Below, piece by piece: positions 7,133-14,333 of a stretch of DNA of 15,605 bases (positions are counted from its first letter, which is position 1; each line of letters begins with the position of its first letter). Source of the stretch: Oligoflexus sp. (GTDB lineage: Bacteria > Bdellovibrionota_B > Oligoflexia > Oligoflexales > Oligoflexaceae); contig JBGSTX010000303.1 in NCBI GenBank assembly GCA_041736305.1, forward strand, positions 1-15,605, read 5' to 3'. The notes under the pieces were generated by a model. The model worked only from the letters and a program-made list of their open reading frames with translations. It was not told where the DNA came from and ran no database searches. Made by a program: the position numbers and the translations under genes.

Positions 7133-7154
7133 GTTCTTCTTGAATCGCGCGACC

Positions 7155-7514
7155 TTAGACTGCCAATGCCAATTTTACTTTGCTTACAACTTCGGTAAAA
7201 GCTGCTGGCTGGTTCATCGCCATATCGGCGAGAACGCTTCGGTCGAGGTCGATCTGAGCTTTTTTCAGACCATTGATAAACTCGGAATAGCGAAGGCCCG
7301 ATGCTCTAACAGCAGCGTTGATTCGAACGATCCAAAGCTTACGGAATTCGCGCTTCTTTACCCGCCGATCACGGTAGGCATAAACCAGACTGCGGCGGAT
7401 GACGTGAATCGAGTTCCGAAAGCGATTTTTACGAGATCCACGAAAGCCTTTGGCTAAGGCGAGAAGTTTTTTTCTGCGGCGTCTAGCTTTAAATCCGCGT
7501 TTGGCGCGTGCCAT
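7155..7514 (-). CDS. rplT: 50S ribosomal protein L20
   Basis: [57 protein letters not shown]. Confidence 0.98.
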   Translation of the reverse strand: MARAKRGFKARRRRKKLLALAKGFRGSRKNRFRNSIHVIRRSLVYAYRDRRVKKREFRKLWIVRINAAVRASGLRYSEFINGLKKAQIDLDRSVLADMAMNQPAAFTEVVSKVKLALAV

Positions 7515-7563
7515 AAGTCAGTTCCTCTATAAGCGATGATCGAAACCAGCGTTTCGCGTCTGT

Positions 7564-7761
7564 TTAACGGTAGGGAAGGCATCTTAGAACAAGATGTCTG
7601 TCTGCATGTACTACGTAGGCCGCACTTTTCAGATTGTTCAAAAGATTGCGACTCTTCTTCGTCAAGATGTGCCGACGGTTTGCACGGCCGCGTTTGATCT
7701 TGCCCGAACTTAGCACAGTGAAACGCTTCGCTGCGGCTCGCTTGGTCTTCATCTTTGGCAT
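7564..7761 (-). CDS. rpmI: 50S ribosomal protein L35
   Basis: MPKMKTKRAAAKRF..GKIKR..RHILTKKS..LPY. Start moved to the ATG at 7761, after AAGGA. 65 aa. Confidence 0.97.
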   Translation of the reverse strand: MPKMKTKRAAAKRFTVLSSGKIKRGRANRRHILTKKSRNLLNNLKSAAYVVHADRHLVLRCLPYR

Positions 7762-7915
7762 GGTAGGTATTCCTTTTTTCGCACAACTTACACCAGCAGA
7801 TCCGCACTGCTCGGATGGCTGACACAATCTCACGGGGGCTGATAAAGGATGAGGCCCTGGAGAGAATAGAGCCCAGTGTGTAACACTTCCAATAGGGGGG
7901 TGCAATCAAAATTTC

Positions 7916-7952
7916 GGCCTTCAGCCTCGCGGAGAGCCGGCTCAAAGCCGAG
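7916..7952 (-). terminator. Possible terminator hairpin after the exported-protein gene
   Basis: Minus strand TCGGCTTT-G-AGCC...GGCT-G-AAGGCCGA followed by AATTTTGATT. The U-tract is weak. Confidence 0.35.
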
Positions 7953-7963
7953 TCGATACAGGA

Positions 7964-8752
7964 TCAAAGCTTAGAGTGGCCCTTGTTTGGCGCCGAAATG
8001 ACAAATGCAATTTTTGCATCCTCAAAAAGCCTTGGGTGCTCGGATTCAAGTTGCTTCCATTGCTCCTTCGACACCGTTACCCTGCCTTCAGGGCCTAGCT
8101 CTGCTTCGAGCACTAGCGGCGATTTGCCCCTGAAATTTTTCAGCTCGACTGAGTTCTGATAGAACCATCGGCCCAACATGTTTTTACGGAAAGACGAGCG
8201 CGCAACGTTACCCACTGAATAAAGGGTTTCGCCAGTGCTCGAGACAATCTCCGGGACCAGCTGCGGACTTGTCGCAGATTTGATTTCAAGGACAACCGCC
8301 GTAGCCTCGGTAGGTTCGGACGTGGGATCTCCCAACTTGAATCCACCTTTACTGGCATTCGTCTCAAAAACCTTGCTCATCTGGCCTTCCAGGTCAACCC
8401 TTACGCGGCCATCAGCATAGTAGCTTGTGTTTACGACGTAAGCCTGCTTAGTGAGCTCATGCGCGACTTGAGAGGTCTGGTCGTCCTCCTCGCTGCCCAC
8501 GCCAACTTTTTGACGCATCTTACCTACCTGGCCCAGAGCGTATTTGAGGCCGTCATCTATCGCAATTTTTTCAGCTACGTCAAATCCGCTTTCTCCTCCT
8601 CCAACCTGGGATTCACCAAAAAAGCGAACCCGCATCGCCGACCAGTTCAATTCAAAGCGTTCGTAGCTTTCGAGAACAGGTTGAGCGAAGCTTAAGGAAC
8701 CACTCATCAGCCAGCCCCATACCAGCAGTTGGCTCGAAACTATAGCTTTCAT
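7964..8752 (-). CDS. Exported hypothetical protein, resembles the LPP20-like family
   Basis: N-terminal signal peptide ending SLSFA-Q with no lipobox Cys. The pattern LNWS, AEK.AI.D, TAVVLE, P.L.P.I...GE.LY, GK.PLV..A, V.VS, KIAFVI recalls proteins annotated as LPP20-family. Recognised by eye only. Confidence 0.6.
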   Translation of the reverse strand: MKAIVSSQLLVWGWLMSGSLSFAQPVLESYERFELNWSAMRVRFFGESQVGGGESGFDVAEKIAIDDGLKYALGQVGKMRQKVGVGSEEDDQTSQVAHELTKQAYVVNTSYYADGRVRVDLEGQMSKVFETNASKGGFKLGDPTSEPTEATAVVLEIKSATSPQLVPEIVSSTGETLYSVGNVARSSFRKNMLGRWFYQNSVELKNFRGKSPLVLEAELGPEGRVTVSKEQWKQLESEHPRLFEDAKIAFVISAPNKGHSKL

Positions 8753-8795
8753 CGGCGACTCCTTCCAATGCAGACAGGGAGAAATATGCTTCGGA

Positions 8796-9605
8796 CTAAA
8801 GCAGACCTTCTAAAAATCTGACGATGGGAGCTGTTCCACAGATCACATTGCCAAGTTCAATGCTAAATTCAGAGCTGTTCGAAGCGGGATAGTTGCGGAG
8901 CAAACCACCAGCTTCCTCAACGAGAAGGACTCCCGCCGCGAGGTCCCAGGGCTTGATCCCTGACTCCCAGTAGCCATCGTAGATTCCTTCCGCTACTAGA
9001 GCGAGGTCAAGGGCTGCGGCTCCGTCTCGTCGAATACTCTGACAGGTGTTGGCGACAGACATGAAAAATTCTATGTCTTTCTTAAGCTTATCCCCACGAT
9101 TATAAGCAAAACCGGTGACTAGAAAAGCGTCTTCAGGTGGTCTTGCTGGGACCACGCGCAAGGGCTTTTGATTTACCCATGCACCCTGACCTCGGGCACT
9201 GACGTAAGTCTTCTCCCGGGTTGGATCGTGGACGACACCGCTCATGACCTTCAGGGCTCCCTTAGGAGTGAATTCCGCCCGAGCGATCGATACGCAAAAA
9301 AATGGGTAACGGTTAGAAAAGTTTGTCGTCCCATCCAGCGGATCAATGATCCAGATCGAGGTTCCTGGGAGGCGCTCGGAAGATGAAAGGCCTGCTTCTT
9401 CGGAATATATTGTATCGGCTGGGAATTTGAGTTTAATTGCATCGATAATGATCTTTTCACTAGCCAGATCGGCGTCAGTAACCAAACTGCGATCGGCTTT
9501 GTGTCGGATCTGAACACCTTTAGCAAAGTGCCGCATCAATTCTGCGCCTGCCTGGCGGCTAATTTGATGAAGGAAAGTCATTTCTTTGGTATAGTTCTTG
9601 TCCAT
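8796..9605 (-). CDS. suhB: Inositol monophosphatase family protein (SuhB-like)
   Basis: Motifs LVTDADLASE, SEEAG, WIIDPLDGTTNF, RRDGAAALDL and KPWDLAAG.L.V.EAGG. Start moved from 9872 to the ATG at 9605 (AAGGA upstream, avoids overlap with rny). 269 aa. Confidence 0.93.
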   Translation of the reverse strand: MDKNYTKEMTFLHQISRQAGAELMRHFAKGVQIRHKADRSLVTDADLASEKIIIDAIKLKFPADTIYSEEAGLSSSERLPGTSIWIIDPLDGTTNFSNRYPFFCVSIARAEFTPKGALKVMSGVVHDPTREKTYVSARGQGAWVNQKPLRVVPARPPEDAFLVTGFAYNRGDKLKKDIEFFMSVANTCQSIRRDGAAALDLALVAEGIYDGYWESGIKPWDLAAGVLLVEEAGGLLRNYPASNSSEFSIELGNVICGTAPIVRFLEGLL

Positions 9606-9829
9606 TGGGATAGAATCCTTGAGAATCGCCTTACGGATCGATTCCTGTTTCTGTATGATTATTATTGTGGCATGGTCGACGCAAAACCGCGAGCCCTTCG
9701 TTACTAGAGACCCCAAATCCAACCTAAGGTCCTGAGACGCGGGTTCTTTTTCCTTGGCGTCAGCCTGGAGATCTCTATACATTAAAACCCCGAGTGGCCA
9801 CGAAAAGCGCCGCCGAGAAAGGAAAGTCC

Positions 9830-11413
9830 GTGGAAACCTTATCGACCCAAGTGATCGTCCTGATCGCTGCATTAGGACTAGCTATTGGTTACGCTATTTT
9901 TGCAAGCGTTCGACATATTCTTCCTAAACGTCTTCGCGCCTCCCATCAGCAGCAGCGAGATCTCGTCATTCAAAAAGCTATGCAGAGCAAAGAGCAGATC
10001 GTCGCTGAAGGAAAGAAGCGTGCTGAAGAACGACTCGTCCTGCTTCGCGAGGAACTCGAAGTAACTATCGAAGAAGAGCGCTTAGCAATAGAAGCGACTG
10101 AAGCCGATCTAGCTATGCAGGAACAATTTGCCCAGCACGAAGAAGAGCGCATTCAAAAGCTCGAAACTCAGATTCAGACACAGAGCACCAAAGTCGGCGA
10201 CTTTCAAGAGTTGCTCGAACAGGCAAAGGGCAAAAATGAGTCGCTGATCCTCCAGGCACAGAAGCAGCTCGCCGCCATCGCTGACGTAGACAAGGACGGT
10301 GCCTGCCGCAGTATCTCGGAAAACTTAGTCCATGAACGACAGCTGGACAGCCAACGTCGGATCAAAGAACTGGTCGACGATCTTGAGAGCCATTCCAAGA
10401 AAGGCGCTGAACGAGTTTTGAGCCGCCTCTTATCTCGCTACCAGCCAACGTTTGTTTGGCCAAAGAGTGTTAATCACGTTGAGCTCTCGAGTCCACGTCT
10501 CTTCGATCTTTTGAGCGGAGAATCCCAAATCCTCGAAGATTTACGCCAGTTGACTGAAGGGGTTGAGATTACACTTACGGAAGCTACTCCAGAAGGCGCT
10601 CCTCCGGTCGTACGCCTTGGGGGTGGTTATGGAATTTACAAGGAAGCTGCCCGACTTACCCTCGAAGAGCTTTTGCCACGTGGTCCTACGCAGTGGGGAC
10701 GACTCGATAAAGCTTATGCAAAACACAAGAAGACCATCGAGTTGCAAGCCCTCAAACTGGGACGACTCGCGATCAATGAATTGAAACTCGATAATATCCA
10801 CGAGGAAATTCAGAAAATGGTAGGCGCGCTCAACTGGCGCACAAGCTACCGGCAAAACCAGTACCATCATTCGGTGGAAGTTGCTCGACTGGCAGGGATC
10901 CTGGCCGGAGAGATGGGGGTCGATCCAGATCTCGCCAAACGCTGCGGCCTCCTCCACGACATTGGTAAGGGCATAGACTATCGCATCGAAGGAAGCCATG
11001 CGGTAATCAGCGGCGATTACGCTGATCGTTACGGAGAACGGCGCATGATCTGTGATACTGTTATGTCTCACCATAATGACCTCGTCCTAGATACACCTTT
11101 AAGCTACATCTTGAAGTCGGCCGACACCCTTTCAGGAGCTCGACCTGGTGCTCGTATCAACCTCGAGGAAGGCTACCAAGAGCGCTTGGCCGCCATGGAA
11201 GAAGCTATCAAGAGCTTTCAAGGCATTCAGAAAGTGGCCATCATGAACGGTGGTCGCGAAGTTCATATAAGCGTTAATCACAAAAAAATCCGGGAAGAGG
11301 AATTGCAGGAATTTTGCGCAGCAATAGCTCGCAAAATCGAGCAGGACGTAGCTTTTCCTGGACAGATCAAAGTCCTCGTAATGCGACGGTTCGAGGCTTC
11401 CGCTGTCGCGTAA
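9830..11413 (+). CDS. rny: Ribonuclease Y family protein (divergent KH domain)
   Basis: N-terminal TM helix, coiled coil, RTSYRQN..HS.EVA, GLLHDIGK.ID, HH, ADTLSGARPGAR, GRE, IARKIE and FPGQIKV. Likely start is the GTG at 9830, after AAAGGA. 527 aa. Confidence 0.92.
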   Translation: METLSTQVIVLIAALGLAIGYAIFASVRHILPKRLRASHQQQRDLVIQKAMQSKEQIVAEGKKRAEERLVLLREELEVTIEEERLAIEATEADLAMQEQFAQHEEERIQKLETQIQTQSTKVGDFQELLEQAKGKNESLILQAQKQLAAIADVDKDGACRSISENLVHERQLDSQRRIKELVDDLESHSKKGAERVLSRLLSRYQPTFVWPKSVNHVELSSPRLFDLLSGESQILEDLRQLTEGVEITLTEATPEGAPPVVRLGGGYGIYKEAARLTLEELLPRGPTQWGRLDKAYAKHKKTIELQALKLGRLAINELKLDNIHEEIQKMVGALNWRTSYRQNQYHHSVEVARLAGILAGEMGVDPDLAKRCGLLHDIGKGIDYRIEGSHAVISGDYADRYGERRMICDTVMSHHNDLVLDTPLSYILKSADTLSGARPGARINLEEGYQERLAAMEEAIKSFQGIQKVAIMNGGREVHISVNHKKIREEELQEFCAAIARKIEQDVAFPGQIKVLVMRRFEASAVA

Positions 11414-11425
11414 GGAGAGCGCCTT

Positions 11426-12163
11426 ATGTTGTCGCCTCACAAACGCCCTCTCGGCGAAGTACAGGACAAGGTCTTTGTTTATCTTCGACTGCAGCGTTTC
11501 CAGGCGGCTGAAGATCTGCTCAAATCGGCGATGGAGGAGCATGGGCACTTAGCCAATCTCCTCAATCTCAAAGGAGTCTTGCATCATCGGCAGTCACAGT
11601 TCGCTCAGGCAATAGAATTTTTTGAGAAAGCTAAGGCCGCCAATCCAAATTTTATTGAAGCCTCGTTGAACATGGCTGTTACTCTCTCTGACTTGGGCTT
11701 CTACGATCAAGCGGAGAAGATCTATCACGAAGCAAATGCCCTGCTATACCAGGGAAATCGCTTACCCGATCTTGTGATGGGCCGTCTCGCCAACTATCAT
11801 AATCAAACAGCAGAAGGCTACCAACAAGCAGGCTTATGGGAAGAGGCTGCCGCCGAATTTGGTAAGGCCCTCCAAGTCTACCCAAGAATGCCAGATATCC
11901 GTTTGCGTTTAGCCAAACTTTTTCTTCGTATGGGCTCCTTCCACCAAGCCCAGGAGCAGTTACACCTCCTCCTCGAGTCTGAGCAGAATCTCTGCGAATG
12001 CTTCAATCTCCTAGGCACCATTGCCTATCGTCAAGGCGATAACGAAGAAGCCTCACGCAATTGGCAAAAGGCACAAAATCACAATCCAAACGACAGAATC
12101 TCGCGTCATTACCTGAAGAGCCTACAGAGTCCTCTTGGTGCCAAAGGGCCCAGTAGTAAATAA
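11426..12163 (+). CDS. Tetratricopeptide-repeat protein
   Basis: Repeated TPR patterns such as NLKGVLHH..QF.QA..FF.KA...NP, EASLNMAV, NLLGTIAY.QG..EEA...W.KA...NP. The TAAGGAG SD overlaps the rny stop codon. Confidence 0.9.
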   Translation: MLSPHKRPLGEVQDKVFVYLRLQRFQAAEDLLKSAMEEHGHLANLLNLKGVLHHRQSQFAQAIEFFEKAKAANPNFIEASLNMAVTLSDLGFYDQAEKIYHEANALLYQGNRLPDLVMGRLANYHNQTAEGYQQAGLWEEAAAEFGKALQVYPRMPDIRLRLAKLFLRMGSFHQAQEQLHLLLESEQNLCECFNLLGTIAYRQGDNEEASRNWQKAQNHNPNDRISRHYLKSLQSPLGAKGPSSK

Positions 12164-12204
12164 TTCTGTAGAAGTTCCGAAGGTAAGGGCAGGAGCCATT
12201 AACT

Positions 12205-13713
12205 GTGGAAAAAATTGCACCTACATTTCCGAAAGGCCTGAAAGGTCTGGTCGCCGACGACCACGATCTGATTAGGAAGAACATCGCAAAAATCCTGCGC
12301 AAGTTGGGCTTTTCGGAAGTCTTTGAATGTCATAATGGAAAAGACGCTAAGAACATCCTCGCATCAGAGGCCATAGATCTCGTAATCTGCGACATCGATC
12401 TCAATTTTATCTCAGGATTCGAGCTACTTGACCTCATTCGAGCCCGAGATACAGGTTCTGATGTACCCTTCATCATAGTTACGGGTGGCGCACACAAGGA
12501 CGATATCGTTAAGGCAGCTGACAAGGGTGCTGCCGACTATATTGTGAAGCCTTTTCAGCCCGAAGAGATGGAAGTCAAGATTGACAAAGTTCTTCAGCAG
12601 TACCATGCACCCGGTCCGATCCTGGGACGTCTGCGGGCTGCTGAAAAGGAAGTCGAAGCAAGAAACTTCGAATCTGCCCTCTCGCTCATCAAAGAGGCTT
12701 TGCAGCTGAAAGACAGTCCTAGAGGACGCCACCTCGAAGCTGTGACCATGGTAAAGCAGAAGCGTCTACCAGAAGCGATTAGGAAGCTCGAAGACAACAT
12801 CCGCAACTCGCCTAGCTATCTTAAAAACTATATTTCGCTGGCCAACTTGTACATCGACGAAAAGGACCATCGAAAGGCGATAGTAGCTTTGACTCAGGAA
12901 CTTGAAATCAATCCTAAACAGCCCTTCCGTCAGATCAAACTGGCAAACATGCTTCTCAAAGAGGGCAATGTCGATCAGGGAATCGAACATTACCGGCAGG
13001 CTCTTCTAGAGAACAATAAGAATCCCGAAGCTCTTTACGGTATGGGAACAGCCTACGCTCTTGCAGAAAACATGGAAAAGTCGATTTATTACTTCAAGCG
13101 ATATCGGCGCCATCACCCACGGGATAGCCGCCCTTTGCAAGCGATTGTCCAGTTTGCGAGGAAGGCAAAGAAAAATAGAGTCGCTGAAATTGCTCTTCTC
13201 GATGAGAGAAAAGCTCATCCCGACCGTTTAGATACTTATACGCTCTTAGCAAAATTTTATCAGGACGAGGGTCAGGATGAGAAAGCCCAGGAAGTCCTTG
13301 AAGCCGCGATTAAGAGAAAACCTGATTTTGCACCTGCCTATGTGCAGATGGCTTCGATGCATGCAAAGCAAGGTGATCTGAAGGCAGCTGTTAAAGTATA
13401 TAAGCACTATGCCGCTGTTTCAAAAGATCCGAATGCACCGATTCTCCTCGCTAGGTTTTTCATCGAAATTGGCAAGCCTTCGCAGGCAATTTTTACGCTT
13501 CACCAGTGCATGGAGACAAACGCAGAACCAGCTAAGGCTTATCCTATCCTTCTGCATGCCACCTACCGCACCAAGCAATTAGGCAAAGCCTATTTCGTAC
13601 GCGAAAGGCTGTTGCGGATTAGCCCAGAGGTTGAGCTTGGCTCTGCTTTCAATTCAATTGAAGACCTGATTCAAGAAAGACGGCGCCTCAAAGATAAAGA
13701 CCAGGCTTCCTAG
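12205..13713 (+). CDS. Response regulator: CheY-like receiver domain followed by TPR repeats
   Basis: Receiver residues are intact: VADD, VICD (phospho-Asp), IVTG and YIVKPF. About 370 aa of TPRs follow, with no DNA-binding domain. GTG start after AGGAG. Confidence 0.92.
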   Translation: MEKIAPTFPKGLKGLVADDHDLIRKNIAKILRKLGFSEVFECHNGKDAKNILASEAIDLVICDIDLNFISGFELLDLIRARDTGSDVPFIIVTGGAHKDDIVKAADKGAADYIVKPFQPEEMEVKIDKVLQQYHAPGPILGRLRAAEKEVEARNFESALSLIKEALQLKDSPRGRHLEAVTMVKQKRLPEAIRKLEDNIRNSPSYLKNYISLANLYIDEKDHRKAIVALTQELEINPKQPFRQIKLANMLLKEGNVDQGIEHYRQALLENNKNPEALYGMGTAYALAENMEKSIYYFKRYRRHHPRDSRPLQAIVQFARKAKKNRVAEIALLDERKAHPDRLDTYTLLAKFYQDEGQDEKAQEVLEAAIKRKPDFAPAYVQMASMHAKQGDLKAAVKVYKHYAAVSKDPNAPILLARFFIEIGKPSQAIFTLHQCMETNAEPAKAYPILLHATYRTKQLGKAYFVRERLLRISPEVELGSAFNSIEDLIQERRRLKDKDQAS

Positions 13714-13771
13714 CGCTTTCTTCTCCTCTACTCCTGTGGCAATAATGAGTCCATGGGAGGGAAGTTGGAAT

Positions 13772-14314
13772 ATGCGTTTTTTATCAAATCAGGCGTCGGC
13801 CTATTTCAGCTGGCTTGAAGACCGTGGACTTAGCTCGCTGCCGCCGTCGATAAACCGAAATGAAAGCAGAAGTATAGCTTCGGGATCAATCCTTCAAGTC
13901 GAGGCCGCGAGACCTGCGGATCCGCCTACTCCCCCCTACCTTATTCTGAGCGACCGCCTCAATGAAGCCGAAGTAGATATGTCAAAAAGAATAGCTAATG
14001 CTCTTGCTTGGCAGCCTGGGGACTATAAAATTATTGCGGCAGATCCTCTCTCAGATGCTGAGAAAGACATATTAGCTGGGAGTGAAGTAGTGCTGGCGCT
14101 TGGACCAGGAGGGGCAAGGCATCTTGGAAGTTTAGGACTAAGCCAAGTACGCCTTCATGAACTCTTGCCTGGGAATAAGTCTGGGTCTTATCTTCTCTTG
14201 ATACCGCACCCTGGGGCGATGTTGGCACAACCTCAACTTAAGCTAAAAGCTTGGGAAGCCATTCAGGATCTGAAAGCCCTGCTTGAAAAGACAAAGGCTA
14301 CCCCTGGAGGGTAG
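13772..14314 (+). CDS. Uracil-DNA-glycosylase-like (family 4 fold) protein, degenerate
   Basis: Keeps VVLALG..GA..L and HPGAML.QP.LK.KAWE, which match the C-terminal half of family-4 UDG. No Cys residues and no GE(A/G)PG motif. Start moved to the ATG at 13772, after GGAGG. Confidence 0.65.
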   Translation: MRFLSNQASAYFSWLEDRGLSSLPPSINRNESRSIASGSILQVEAARPADPPTPPYLILSDRLNEAEVDMSKRIANALAWQPGDYKIIAADPLSDAEKDILAGSEVVLALGPGGARHLGSLGLSQVRLHELLPGNKSGSYLLLIPHPGAMLAQPQLKLKAWEAIQDLKALLEKTKATPGG

Positions 14315-14321
14315 CCTTTGT
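14291..14321. terminator. Intrinsic terminator of dnaK, possibly bidirectional
   Basis: Perfect 13-bp inverted repeat ACAAAGGCTACCC-ctgga-GGGTAGCCTTTGT. The minus strand continues with CTTTTC. Lies 12 nt after the dnaK stop and overlaps the stop of the converging gene. Confidence 0.85.
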
Positions 14322-14333
14322 AGGCTCAATATC

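Noticed and set aside
6940-7143. 67-aa plus-strand ORF over the DnaA boxes
   Set aside because: TTG start without an SD. The sequence is explained by DnaA boxes and the terminator.
6038-7150. Possible genomic islet integrated at tRNA-Leu (AT-richer segment)
   Set aside because: No integrase or transposase, and no duplicated tRNA 3' end found.
7454-7945. 163-aa minus-strand ORF and the extended 113-aa version of rpmI
   Set aside because: Alternative frame or upstream extension over rpmI, its leader and the rplT start. L35 homology starts at MPKMKT.
9606-9872. 89-aa N-terminal extension of SuhB
   Set aside because: No homology to the family, overlaps rny on the opposite strand, and a good SD precedes the ATG at 9605.
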